A stretch of 53,885 bases of DNA, counting the filler, from an uncultured virus (IMG/VR IMGVR_UViG_2049941000_000426) (lineage: Duplodnaviria > Heunggongvirae > Uroviricota > Caudoviricetes). It is 4 parts of one record of this genome, joined end to end, with 100 filler letters (N's around TTAATTAATTAA, not from the genome) between each part and the next. Parts side by side here need not be neighbours in the genome. Positions count along the whole stretch, not along the records: positions 1 to 23,530 come from IMGVR_UViG_2049941000_000426; 3 more parts are not named here. One strand, written 5' to 3'. Shown one piece after another: positions 10,799-21,774 of the stretch; positions within the stretch are counted from its first letter, which is position 1; the number at the start of each line of letters is the position of its first letter. Both the position numbers and the translations under genes were made by a program. The notes under the pieces were generated by a model. That model did not search any database. It was not told the origin of the DNA and saw nothing but the letters and a program-made list of their open reading frames with translations.

Positions 10799-10889
10799 CG
10801 GAAATCGACATAAGGTAGCGACTAAAAACCCGTGTGCAAATCAGGAAGATGACAAGGCAATTCACACACGGGCCGACCCGAGGGTCTAA

Positions 10890-11261
10890 TTAATAATGGG
10901 ATTTCCCGCCAATGCGGACACCGAGCAAGGTAAGATAGGCTTTCCATCTCGGATAACCGTTCTCTATAAGACGGTCCTTATAATCTGCGTCGCACTCGGC
11001 CCGTGTGCCGATATGGTTTTCATACCGCCAGTCATGTTCTACGGAAGGGCCCAGTGTTATAGGGTCTATACAGGGGGAAAGCAATCTCCAGAAGAAGCGA
11101 GGAACACTTGCACCATCAGATATAAATCCTTCTGGCACAACATATTGCACACCTTTACCTGTCTTGAAAGACCATGGCTCTTTAAGAATAAGAACCCTTC
11201 CATGCTCCACGTCTTTCACAATCTGGACAACAGGGGAAAGAACTTTTATTTCTTCGGTCAT
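10890..11261 (-). CDS. DUF1353-family protein
   Basis: VPEGFISDGASVPRFFW...HDWRY...RAECD pattern. Confidence 0.85.
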   Translation of the reverse strand: MTEEIKVLSPVVQIVKDVEHGRVLILKEPWSFKTGKGVQYVVPEGFISDGASVPRFFWRLLSPCIDPITLGPSVEHDWRYENHIGTRAECDADYKDRLIENGYPRWKAYLTLLGVRIGGKSHY

Positions 11262-11306
11262 ATCTGGAATCCTATAAGGTTAATTGAGGGACTCCAGCTA
11301 ATATAG

Positions 11307-12263
11307 TTACCAGTCCTTCATGAAATATCGCTCCATGGCATGCATGACGTCCCCGGTGGATATGTCGTCCATGCATTTCGACACGGCCATCCCGTCCGGT
11401 AGGAGCCTGGGCCAATCGCATATGGCGTTGTCATATCTTGTCCCGTCGTTCATCTTCACCACACGGCTCTTCCAGCACCCACCCTGCCGGTTGCAGGGGT
11501 AGCATCCGCAGTTGTGGATGAACTGGTGCGTCGGATAAGCCTCCCATGTGGACGGCTCCCTTCCACCGGCGATGACGACACAAGGGCGCTTCGTTCCACC
11601 AGGAGCGTCGATAGTGGAAAGGTGCATTGGCATGGAAACACCGGTGACGACTCCGCCCGCCCAGTACATCAAGGAGCACAACTGCCGTAGATTCGTCTTC
11701 CCGACAAGGTTGACGACATTGTCCAGTTTCGGCTGGATGGAGGTGTTGGATCCGATCTGGACGAAACAGTCTATCGGAAAGTCGTGCAGAGCGTCGCTCA
11801 TCAGTCTGTTCCATCTTTTGAAGGGCCACTGTTTCGCCGTGAAATCCGTCTTGTACCCGGCGTTCACCAGCCAGTAGTTGTGCTCCTCATTGAAAGCGTC
11901 CCCCAGAAGCTCCCTCACTCTCTCCGGGTCCTTCTCATATTCTGTCAGATGGACGTCCACCTTGAAGTCGCCCTGCTCTATCGGAAGCTGAAGGACATCC
12001 TCAAGGAAAAGGCGGAAACCGTGGATGAAATGATAGGGGAGACGGTTGTTCTGCTTGTAGATAGGGTAGTCCGCGTAGATCACCTTGTCGGCGTTGTCTT
12101 CGGTGATGGAACGGTCGAGATACGGGTTGTTCTCCCAGAACTCCATCGCCGTTGTTTTGACATTGACATGGATGTCCGGATAGGAATGGACAAGGTCCCG
12201 TACCGCCGTCGTCAGCATCAGCGTGTCGCCCGGCGCCATGTTGTTCTTAAGGAAAAGTCTCAT
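11307..12263 (-). CDS. GT9 family (ADP-heptose-type) glycosyltransferase with a Cys-rich C-terminus
   Basis: PGDTLM, KQWP, NLVGKTNLRQL, VSMPMHL, C..GGCWKSR...C...C. Confidence 0.85.
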   Translation of the reverse strand: MRLFLKNNMAPGDTLMLTTAVRDLVHSYPDIHVNVKTTAMEFWENNPYLDRSITEDNADKVIYADYPIYKQNNRLPYHFIHGFRLFLEDVLQLPIEQGDFKVDVHLTEYEKDPERVRELLGDAFNEEHNYWLVNAGYKTDFTAKQWPFKRWNRLMSDALHDFPIDCFVQIGSNTSIQPKLDNVVNLVGKTNLRQLCSLMYWAGGVVTGVSMPMHLSTIDAPGGTKRPCVVIAGGREPSTWEAYPTHQFIHNCGCYPCNRQGGCWKSRVVKMNDGTRYDNAICDWPRLLPDGMAVSKCMDDISTGDVMHAMERYFMKDW

Positions 12264-12736
12264 TTAAATACCTCGACTATCTTGCTTGCCACCCTGTTGA
12301 TAAGACCGGGCTTTTTGTCCTCTTTCTTTCTGCTCCCTCGTGCAAGGGCGTGTCTCAATACATGGATCGGGATCTTGACGACACTTTCGAACCCTTCGAA
12401 TGTCAGCTTGACGACAACCGTCGGCTTGCCAAGACAGAATAGATTCAACACCCCGGCCGTGAAAAGGGAGCGGGCGGCNNNNNNNNNNATTCCTCAATTA
12501 AGGAAAGTACAATCCGTATCGGACGGTTTCTTATAGCATTTGCATTCCGATGAAGGGGAAATCGGGTCGGTCGTCGTCTTGTCGCAATAGTCGGAGAAGG
12601 AATCGTATTGCGNNNNNNNNNNGTTGTCGGCCTCGAGCCAGAAGGAATAGTAGGTCTTCTTCTCATTATTCCTTCTGGTCTCGTTGACCTCCTCTATCAG
12701 GACACCCTTGACGGGCTGATTAAGATTCGTATCCAT
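12260..12736 (-). CDS. Hypothetical protein interrupted by a misplaced duplicate (12489-12612)
   Basis: MDTNLNQP...WLEADN[gap]...AARSLFTAGVLNLF...EVFK*. Confidence 0.5.
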
Positions 12737-12745
12737 AGACGTCTC

Positions 12746-15700
12746 TCAGTTAAGGAAAGCGCAATCCGTACTGGACGGTTGCTTATAGCATTTGCATTCC
12801 GGTGACGGGGCGTTCGGGTCGGCTGTCGTCTTGTCGCAATAGTCGGAGAAGGAATCATATTGCGTATACCCGCCGCACTGTGTCTTATGGCAAAGCGGGG
12901 GCTGCGCGATATTCGGGGACGTTCCGGAAATGACGGTGTCCGTGGAGGGGTAGGCTCCATAGACGTATGTCTCATCGACCCATCNNNNNNNNNNATGTTC
13001 TGTGAACTTGGTCGGTGTCCAGTTTAGGCTAATGCAGCCCATGTGGCTGTATATCTCGGTGGGTGCGTCAGCAAACACCGTGTCGACACTGAGTTTCCTC
13101 GAATGATCCAAGCATATCGGCAGATCCCATGGTTCCGGATCGCAGGGACATTCAACAGATCCACCATGNNNNNNNNNNGGGGACGTTCCGGAAATGACGG
13201 TGTCCGTTGATGGATAGGCTCCGTAGACGTATGTCTCATCGACCCATCCGTATTGACGGACGATGGCGGCTTTCGCCTGAGTGACAAGCGACCCCGCATA
13301 TCCCGGAACGGTGAACGACGGGATATAGAAATGATGCCCGTCTGTCTGGACGATCATCAGACCGCAGGAAGTTCTCACGTAGGACGCGGAGAACAGTGCC
13401 CAGCTGTCCTTTCCGGGTTCCCATATGCACACCCCGTCGCAACGAACGGCTTCANNNNNNNNNNAGCTTTACCATGACGGCGCCGGGAGTCTCGCTGTCG
13501 GGCATGCTCGGATAGGGGTCCTGTGTCGAATAGGGAACGGTGGCCGTCTCGTCACAAATCTGGATCTGGATGTCCTGCCCTTCGACATATCCACCGGCTG
13601 GCTCGGGTGTGATGATATGAAAACCGCTGCAGCCCTCGTCGAACGACTGGACAGGGTTCCTTCTGCGGGTAGCCCACTGTCCTATCTGGGATATTCCCTC
13701 CTGTTCGTCTACTGCAACCTCACAGTCTCCGCATCCTTCCGTCCACGTCCCCTGGTCACAGGGAACACAGTAGCGGGTCGTCTGGTTCAGGAGCTTCACG
13801 ATCTCCTTCGCCACGCGTCCGCAGCAATCACCGCAGGGGCAGTCCTCGCTCATAATGGGGGCGCCGTTGTCGTCGACGACGAGCGCCCCGTCCTGAATNN
13901 NNNNNNNNCGTGGCGTAGAGATTGAAATAATTCGGCAGAATGTAATAGCCGGCAAACGTTCCGCCCGGGCAGCCATCTGCATGAGGATCTCCGCACAACT
14001 CAGGATAATCCGTCGAAACGGAACCGGTCGTTATGCCGGACATCTGTGCCCCCGCCTGGTTCAAACGGAAGTTTACGATCCCTCCCTCCTTCTGGACATG
14101 GCCGATCTCATGATTTCCCGCGACGACCCGGTGGACGACCAGCATGTTCCAGTCAATAAAAACATTGAAATACGCCATGTAGGTCGCGTTATGCGTGTGC
14201 GGTTCGCACTGCTCGCAGTATACGGATCTCAACCCGCTGTCGCTTGANNNNNNNNNNGGGATAATCCGTCGAAACGGAACCGGTCGTTATGCCAGACATC
14301 TGCGCCCCCGCCTGGTTCAAACGGAAGTTTACGATCCCGCCCTCCTTCTGGACATGGCCGATTTCATGATTTCCCACGACGACCCGGTGGACGACCAGCA
14401 TGTTCCAGTCAATAAAAACATTGAAGTACGCCATGTAGGTCGCATTATGCGTATGCGGTTCGCACTGCTCGCAGTATACGGATCTCAACCCGCTGTCGCT
14501 TGAGTTGGTGTTGTACAGCCAGTAAGGCCCTTCATAGGACTGGCTTGCCGTGGAGTGCGTCCACTCGACGATCGTATGGGATCCCCAGTTCTTCTGTGTT
14601 ACACCGAACAAGGCCGCATTGTCGTCGACGATCTCCCGCCAGTCAAGACATGTACAGGCATCCTTGTAGTAGAGGAACCGTTTGTTCCAATTCGTCACGC
14701 ANNNNNNNNNNNNNNNNNNNNNNNNNNNNNNNNNNNNNNNNNNNNNNNNNNNNNNNNNNNNNNNNNNNNNNNNNNNNNNNNNNNNNNNNNNNNNNNNNNN
14801 NNNNNNNNNNNNNNNNNNNNNNNNNNNNNNNNNNNNNNNNNNNNNNNNNNNNNNNNNNNNNNNNNNNNNNNNNNNNNNNNNNNNNNNNNNNAGATATCAT
14901 GATCGCCCTCCACTTCATACATGCCTTCGGACGGAAGGGTCAATCCGCCTCCGCTGTAGTCGGTCTCGATGTCGGACAAAGCGCAGTCGCAGTCAAAGAC
15001 CAGCCAATGGACATATTGCGTCATGACGCCCTGGCTGTTCGTGTGCTGACAAACATATCCATAAACAGTCGGAAGCAGTATATATCCCCAGAAACAGGCC
15101 GCCTGGGCTGGTGTCTCTCCCGTCCAGTCATGCCACTGCTGTGGATTGATCGTTGCACGAACAGCCCTCTTCGGAGATGTCAAGGAAATCTGGTAATGGT
15201 TCATCATCTCCCCGATGGTGTCTTGCAGGCATTCGCAGTTGGCCGCGCACTTCATGACCTTGACATAGCCACCCTGACCGTCCGGTATCGGGTTCCCTTC
15301 GGGATCCAGTTTATTCACCTTGTCGGGAATGAACGGGGCGTTCACGACGATGTAGCCGTTTCCCCCGCCACCGCATAGACGGCGGATCTTCCACTTGTCG
15401 TTGCCTTCGCAGAAGCATCCTAGAACGCCCCACACCATCGTCATGTCCGGTTCGGCGGACTGGGGCGCGTCATCGAACCAGCTTCTCGGGGCGATGACCT
15501 GGACACCGCATTTGATAAACGCCTGCGGGTTCGGGTCGAAACAGGACCGCCAGTATTTCTGCTGACATCTATTCGATCCGGTACCGAAGATATCCGGAGA
15601 ATCCGGTGCGTAGATGATCGGGTAGAGACGATCCTCGCTGCCCATCGCGTNNNNNNNNNNNNNNNNNNNNNNNNNNNNNNNNNNNNNNNNNNNNNNNNNN

Positions 15701-16168
15701 NNNNNNNNNNNNNNNNNNNNNNNNNNNNNNNNNNNNNNNNNNNNNNNNNNNNNNNNNNNNNNNNNNNNNNNNNNNNNNNNNNNNNNNNNNNNNNNNNNNN
15801 NNNNNNNNNNNNNNNNNNNNNNNNNNNNNNNNNNNNNNNNNNNNNNNNNNNNNNNNNNNNNNNNNNNNNNNNNNNNNNNNNNNNNNNNNNNNNNNNNNNN
15901 NNNNNNNNNNNNNNNNNNNNNNNNNNNNNNNNNNNNNNNNNNNNNNNNNNNNNNNNNNNNNNNNNNNNNNNNNNNNNNNNNNNNNNNNNNNNNNNNNNNN
16001 NNNNNNNNNNNNNNNNNNNNNNNNNNNNNNNNNNNNNNNNNNNNNNNNNNNNNNNNNNNNNNNNNNNNNNNNNNNNNNNNNNNNNNNNNNNNNNNNNNNN
16101 NNNNNNNNNNNNNNGTCGTCTACGACTAGCGCCCCGTCCTGAATCCATAATGTGCAGTTGGAAGGCAT
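12746..16168 (-). CDS. Large cysteine-rich protein(s), probably a virion or tail component; assembled in scrambled pieces
   Basis: MPSNCTLWIQDGALVVDD at 16168 overlaps IQDGALVVDDNGAP..CPCGDCC at 13898; all pieces are Cys/Trp/Tyr-rich; ends ...TDCAFLN*. Confidence 0.6.
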
Positions 16169-17104
16169 TTACTTATTGTCCGCGTCTGTAATATTCACAG
16201 GCCTGTCCTCAAGCTCGGCCTCCCAGAACTCCTTCATATACGGCCATCCGTTGTCGTCAACCTTGACGAACGGCGTCGTTCTAAGACGGGTCTTGATCGA
16301 ACAGCAGGGTTTCTTCGTCACATATACCAACGCCTGATCCTCGCGAATATTCGGAGGTGTCGGGGGAAGAACCGTCTTGTCCAGAATGTCAGAGGGGGAG
16401 GAGGAAGGTTCGCGACAANNNNNNNNNNNNNNNNNNNNNNNCCGCCCTTCCGACACATATGCCTGCAACGGGGCTTTCATATCGGCGTCCAAGGCGATAA
16501 AACAGTTGAACGGGATGACCCACAGGTATTTCCCTTCATAAGCCTCGATATCGGAAAAACTCATGATCTCCCCATTCTTCATGTGCTTGCCTAGAAGCTT
16601 CATGAAAAGATCATACTTCTCCTTGTTGATCCCCTCCGTCCATTCATCGGCGAGGAGGATTCCGACCTTCCCCATCTTCTCAAGGTCCGGATAGGAGTCG
16701 AAAATACGGACTCTCTCGTCCGTCTTCCTCTCGGGAGTCTCCGCCTTCGAGCCATCCTGTTTCACCCACTCGGTCTGCGCCATCGGGGCGACCATGACAG
16801 CCCCTTCCGGTACCTCGAACGCCTCCACGTCGATCCAAAGCTCCCTCAGCTGGTCTATCTCGGAGTCCGTCGGAATCATCCGTCGCATCTGGGCTGCCGT
16901 GCGAATGACCATCACCCTGTTCAGAAGCTCTACCGAGATATGCTCCAGATGATGCTCCGCGTTTGTCAGTTCGCCCAGATAATCAGGGCGATGGTCCGGC
17001 GTTCCCCCTATCCCATGACCCGCCAGAATCTCCTTCGCGTAGGACATCGCGTTGGCGATGTGCTTAAGAACACAATCCTTGCATTTCATCGACTGTTCGC
17101 TCAT
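16169..17104 (-). CDS. Hypothetical protein with an N-terminal CxxC..KH motif (gapped)
   Basis: MSEQSMKCKDCVLKH...AEHHL; ATGA overlap with the upstream gene. Confidence 0.65.
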   Translation of the reverse strand: MSEQSMKCKDCVLKHIANAMSYAKEILAGHGIGGTPDHRPDYLGELTNAEHHLEHISVELLNRVMVIRTAAQMRRMIPTDSEIDQLRELWIDVEAFEVPEGAVMVAPMAQTEWVKQDGSKAETPERKTDERVRIFDSYPDLEKMGKVGILLADEWTEGINKEKYDLFMKLLGKHMKNGEIMSFSDIEAYEGKYLWVIPFNCFIALDADMKAPLQAYVSEGRXXXXXXXXCREPSSSPSDILDKTVLPPTPPNIREDQALVYVTKKPCCSIKTRLRTTPFVKVDDNGWPYMKEFWEAELEDRPVNITDADNK

Positions 17105-18649
17105 AACGACTCCGCTTTCCTTAGCCTGTGTATCCATTCGTCTATCACCTTCATATCCGGTCTCTTGACGTCCAGCGTCAGAACCGGCTTGGACGTATAA
17201 CATGATGCCTTGAAGCCGTTCTGCAAATACAGCGTCGTGTCGGGATAGGCCGCCATGCCGTAGTGGAACGTCCCGGTGGAGGTCGAGGCGACACCCCTGA
17301 GATTCGCCAAGACGGACATCATCCGGTCGATTCCGGGTCCGACGTCCCGCATGGAGTTCCGGACGAACCAGTACTTGTCGTTCTCCTTCTTGTTGTTCTT
17401 GGGAACAAAGACTTCAATCGGCACAAACCCCGCGTCGATGACCGCCCGCCACAGCATGGAAGGGGGAAAGAACTTTTATTTCTTNNNNNNNNNNNNNNNN
17501 NNNNNNNNNNNNNNGGCAGTTGCCCTCCATCGGATACCACGAACAGCAGAAGTTCAGACCGACGAACGGGGACGACTTGCAGGACTTGGAAGGCGGGAAC
17601 AACGGGTCGGCATATTCAAGGTCCGGGTTGTACGGAATCCCCAGATCGAACTTCACGTTGCACTGCGGCTTGGTCAGACCCTTGAGAGCGGGATCCCGTT
17701 CATTGAACCGGGCGGGGAAATAGATGTCCAGATCATACCAGTCCTTCATGGGGAAACGGCTGGCCACAAGCGGCTGCAAAGCCGGTGAAAGTCTCAGCCC
17801 GAAGTCCACGTCCGGGTTCCTTCTCTTCATCTCAAGGAAGTACGGCATGAACATGATGACGTCGCCCAGGCCGTGCGGGTAGTCTATCATAACGGACTTC
17901 GCGCCCTGGTCGATATACTGCTGTACGGTCATCCCGCCGAGAAGGTCCTTCCTGACCTTGTCCTGGATGAACCGCTGCGGTTTCCCATCCAGCTTTCGGA
18001 TGACATTCTCGAAACGGAGTTCGCGATAGCCGTTCGAGTAACCGGGAATGTGGAGACACCACGACTTCCCCTCGACAAAGAGATTCGGCTTTTTCACGTG
18101 CGGGTAGATGTCGTCGTAGTTGTTCAGGCCGAAGTCGTAGCCGTCCTCCAGAATGAAATCCCTGAAGTTGTTTTCGAAAGTCCACGCCATCTCGTCCTGG
18201 TCCCGGTAGCCGTGATCGAAGGCCTTCATGTTCTTCATGTCCTCGAGCCAGTCGAGCCACTCATAGGCTCTCGGGCAGTTCGGGACGGCGAACACGCCCG
18301 AATTCCATCCCAGGGCGTCCTTCAGCATGATGACCTTCTTCGGCTTGTCCTTAAGCCATTCCCTGAGGTCGGCATCCATCGTGACAGGGGCGGCGTCGCA
18401 GTCCATCCAGACGACCCAGTCGGTGGCGTTCTTCAGGGTGTTCCGTATAGCCCAGAACTTGCTGAATACACCGTGCATCTCCGGATGGTGGTGGTAGTGG
18501 TATCTCGCGTACCCCATCAGGTGCTTCTTCGTGTACCGTTCCTTAAGCTCGTCGGTGTATTTGATATATGCCGGCTCCTCCCTGTAGACAGCGTTCGTCA
18601 CGATCCAGATGTCCTGGTTCATGTTGATGATAGGCTGTATTGTCACCAT
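17101..18649 (-). CDS. Bifunctional glycosyltransferase: GT34-like (GMA12/MNN10) domain plus GT9-like domain (gap near the C-terminus)
   Basis: FSKFW..., WVVWMDCDA, NSGVF, DQD in the N-domain; PHGLGDVIMF and STSTGTFH in the C-domain. Confidence 0.75.
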
Positions 18650-18680
18650 TCTGCGGTCCTCACTTTTTACAACGCGTTGG

Positions 18681-18721
18681 AAAATCAAAAACGGCGGAGG
18701 CTAAATGTAAGCCCCCGCCGT
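18681..18721 (-). terminator. Rho-independent terminator
   Basis: ACGGCGGAGGCT...AGCCCCCGCCGT stem followed by TTTTTGATTTT on the minus strand. Confidence 0.6.
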
Positions 18722-18745
18722 CATAATTCCAGTCAGGACAGCGTC

Positions 18746-19660
18746 TTATTCCTTGTCCTCAAGCTCCATTAGCTCGAGATCGCCTTCGCATGCGACGCAT
18801 GTAGTCTCCATGACGTTGCCGTCGAGGTCCTCCCGGAGGAACTGGATGGACACCAGCTTGTGCGTCGCCGAATCGACCTTCATCTTTCCGATCCAGACCT
18901 TCAGGGTCTTGATCTTGAGCTTCTTCAGGTTGGTCGTGCGCTCGATGAAATGCTCGACGTTCTCGGCCTTCGTGACAAGAACTTCCTCGGTCTTCTGCTC
19001 CGTGTAGTCCAGCCAACCGTCCTTCTTGAGCTCCTTGGCGAGATTCAGCTGCTTGGATGTCCCGCGCATCTTGGTGAAGTCATAGTCGCACTGGCCTTCC
19101 GTGCAGGTGATGTACTTGGCCTCCTTCTTGTTCGCCTCCTTCTCGGCCTTCTCGGCGGCCTTGGCGGCGGCTTCGTCAAGGAACTCCTGAGGAGTCTCCG
19201 CACGGGCTTCGTCAACACCTTCCTTAAGGCCTTTCAGATAAAGTTTGGCATCGGTGGAGGAGACGTTCTTGATGATCATGCGGTCGGCGATGGCGCCGCC
19301 GATCCGGACGGCCATCGTGATGCCTTCGGCTTCCAGATAGCCGTAGCGGGTCTGAAGGGCCGCACGGAGAACTTCCAGGAAGATCTGGTTGACGGAGGCT
19401 TCATCGAAATTCTCGGCGTTGTCGAGGGCGACGTAGATCTCCTCGGCCTTCTTCGTGTATTTGTCGTACTTCGGGTCGCCCTTCATGATGACGTAGGCGG
19501 TGTAGCCGGCCTTGCCGACCATTCGGCCCGCTTCCTCGTAGTCGTCGCCGATGAGGACATTCTTCACGACTCCGAAAAACCCCTTGTTCCCCGTGCCGGA
19601 GCAGCCGGTCATGACGACCGTAAGGGAAAGGGCGAACAGGACAGACAGGATCTTCTTCAT
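18746..19660 (-). CDS. Lipoprotein, 304 aa
   Basis: MKKILSVLFALSLTVVMTGC signal peptide with lipobox. Confidence 0.75.
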   Translation of the reverse strand: MKKILSVLFALSLTVVMTGCSGTGNKGFFGVVKNVLIGDDYEEAGRMVGKAGYTAYVIMKGDPKYDKYTKKAEEIYVALDNAENFDEASVNQIFLEVLRAALQTRYGYLEAEGITMAVRIGGAIADRMIIKNVSSTDAKLYLKGLKEGVDEARAETPQEFLDEAAAKAAEKAEKEANKKEAKYITCTEGQCDYDFTKMRGTSKQLNLAKELKKDGWLDYTEQKTEEVLVTKAENVEHFIERTTNLKKLKIKTLKVWIGKMKVDSATHKLVSIQFLREDLDGNVMETTCVACEGDLELMELEDKE

Positions 19661-19692
19661 GTGTCACTTCCTTTTGCTTTGATTGTTTATGC

Positions 19693-19989
19693 CTATTTGA
19701 TGAACGCGCAATAGATCGCGATTATTGCGCTTAACGCGGCTATGCCGTCAATGATAACGCCTCTCCACCAGCTCTTGTTGTTCTTCAGTAATTCGACGTC
19801 CACCTTCAGGGCGACCGCCATGTCCAATAGATCCTTGAATCCCTTTACCATACTCTGGTTGGCCTCAAGGGTGGCCACCCGGTCGATGAGTCCCGGATGA
19901 CCGTTTCCCCGGAGAATCTTGTGGTCCTCCGTAATCAGTGTTTTAAGCTCCGTAAGGGTTTCTATTACTTGCTTCTCAAAATCGTTCAT
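19693..19989 (-). CDS. Small coiled-coil protein with a C-terminal TM helix (holin-like)
   Basis: GNGHPGLIDRVATLE coiled coil and a C-terminal hydrophobic helix. Confidence 0.5.
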   Translation of the reverse strand: MNDFEKQVIETLTELKTLITEDHKILRGNGHPGLIDRVATLEANQSMVKGFKDLLDMAVALKVDVELLKNNKSWWRGVIIDGIAALSAIIAIYCAFIK

Positions 19990-20180
19990 GTACGTGGAAG
20001 GCCTGTCGGTAGTNNNNNNNNNNNNNNNNNNNNNNNNNNNNNNNNGCTGATATTCCCATTGTCGCGTCTCGTCCTGATTGTGAAAATATACTTGTTGTCA
20101 CAAACGAAACAGGAGGAACAGGTGTATTTAACCATCCTGCCCCTCCATACGAAAAAAATATATTACGTCAACGGGATCCG

Positions 20181-20897
20181 TCACTTAAGAAGGTCGTCAA
20201 GGTCGTCCATGATGCCGTTTATCTCGTCCATTTTTCCGAATATGGACTCGAAATTTCTCTTCAGGCCCATCCTGCGACGGAAGGCGCATTTCACCTTGGA
20301 GGCGATCTCTTCCTCATGTCCCTTCACCTTTTCCGGAAAAATACCCTTGAGCAGATTGTAGCAGGCCCTGGGGCCGTCGCCACGGTAGTTCCTGAGAATG
20401 TCGGACAGGAACTTCGCTTCGACTTTGCGGTCCTCGTAAGTAACAGGCGCGTCGAAGGTCTCCCAGTCGGTGGCCTTGATGCCTTCATCCGTGGGACGCC
20501 AACCCAGAATGATTCTAGGAAGACCCTTCATGCGGCTGTCATAGTCAAGATAAGCAAAACACCGGGCTTCCGGCATACGGGAATAACCGGAACGTCGAAA
20601 CGCCTCACGAAGATATGGGTCGTTCGTATCGGAGGTCAAATCCACATTGTCCCGCCACCAGACGAACGGCTCCTTTCCCCAAGCCTTCCGTCTGATGCAC
20701 TTTCCCTTCAACTGCGCGGCTTTCTTGGCGTCCTCCCATGTAAGACCCTCCGTCTTTTCATTGACGGCGTCCGCGATGGCCTTCGCATCCGGGCAGAACT
20801 CGGAGCAGACGCCTGTTGGCCCGGTATGATCGCATGCCCCGATCTTCGCGCAAAGAGCGCAGTTCAACTCAATTGTCTTCTTGCCTTCCATTGTCAT
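20181..20897 (-). CDS. Protein with an internal DUF2829/Tad2-like domain and a Cys-rich N-terminus
   Basis: WEDAKKAAQLKGKCIRRKAW...GWRPTDEGIKATDWE resembles the DUF2829 pattern. Confidence 0.55.
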   Translation of the reverse strand: MTMEGKKTIELNCALCAKIGACDHTGPTGVCSEFCPDAKAIADAVNEKTEGLTWEDAKKAAQLKGKCIRRKAWGKEPFVWWRDNVDLTSDTNDPYLREAFRRSGYSRMPEARCFAYLDYDSRMKGLPRIILGWRPTDEGIKATDWETFDAPVTYEDRKVEAKFLSDILRNYRGDGPRACYNLLKGIFPEKVKGHEEEIASKVKCAFRRRMGLKRNFESIFGKMDEINGIMDDLDDLLK

Positions 20898-21029
20898 CTT
20901 CCTATGGGCTAAAAGAAAAGAACACCACCGGAGGCCACTCGGCCCCCGGACGGCGTCCTAATCTAGCAAAGCATCACCGGATTACAAGAGGGAAATATGC
21001 GCATCCTCACTTCGGAGCTTTCCTCCTCC

Positions 21030-21221
21030 TTAAACCCTGCGCACAGCTTTAACCTTGACTTCAATCATCCCGGACACATCCGGGTGAAGGGTGATGGTGG
21101 GGTTGTTCGACATTTTTTCCATGAAGACCTCCTTCGCCTCCTCCCTGCTTGTAGCCATAATAACCGCCGATATGGGCTTCACCAACGTGTACACAATTTC
21201 ATACACTCTAGACTTCACCAT
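21030..21221 (-). CDS. Hypothetical protein, 63 aa
   Basis: GGAGG RBS; overlaps the upstream gene. Confidence 0.55.
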   Translation of the reverse strand: MVKSRVYEIVYTLVKPISAVIMATSREEAKEVFMEKMSNNPTITLHPDVSGMIEVKVKAVRRV

Positions 21222-21774
21222 CGCTGACCTCCTGTTTCCTTTTCCATTTCTCCTGCGCTTTGCGCTTCTTTTCCAGACGGCGTTCCCAGGCCGTGTACTT
21301 GTATATCTCGGCCTCCATCTCGGCGATTAGATCCTCGTCCCGCACGGTGTCGCACAGGGGCAGCGTAACACCCCTGCCACCGACCGTGTCCACGAGTCTC
21401 GTCAACAGGTCCTGCATGGACGCCGTGAACCCAGACGTGCCATAAGACGAATAATTCAAGTCCATCGCCTCGAGCAGAAGACTTTCTATAGTCTTCTGTT
21501 TGTTAAAGGTCCTTTTACGTAAGTTGGACAAGGCCCCCTTTAGTCCGGACACTTTCCATTTCAACCATGCCTTCATGTTCGGATACAACATGCTGGCGGT
21601 TTTCTCCTCCGGACGACAACCACCCTTCGGATGAACGATGAACGTCACCTTCGGCGGTTGCTGGCCGAAACGGCACACCGCATAGTCTATAACGCCCTTC
21701 ACTGGGCCATGGGGGCCATTCCAGACGACCCCCTGGCCCATGTGACTGTACAGGTTCTTGTATACCGGTATCAT
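21208..21774 (-). CDS. Hypothetical protein, 188 aa
   Basis: Intact ORF coupled to the MTase stop (TAATG). Confidence 0.7.
   Translation of the reverse strand: MIPVYKNLYSHMGQGVVWNGPHGPVKGVIDYAVCRFGQQPPKVTFIVHPKGGCRPEEKTASMLYPNMKAWLKWKVSGLKGALSNLRKRTFNKQKTIESLLLEAMDLNYSSYGTSGFTASMQDLLTRLVDTVGGRGVTLPLCDTVRDEDLIAEMEAEIYKYTAWERRLEKKRKAQEKWKRKQEVSDGEV

Noticed and set aside
1339..14500. Tandem near-duplicates (1339-1635, 5040-5260, 12489-12863, 12915-13250, 14000-14500; also 47720-47860 and 53240-53350)
   Set aside because: All abut 10-N gaps and differ mostly at synonymous sites: unmerged strain haplotypes rather than genomic repeats
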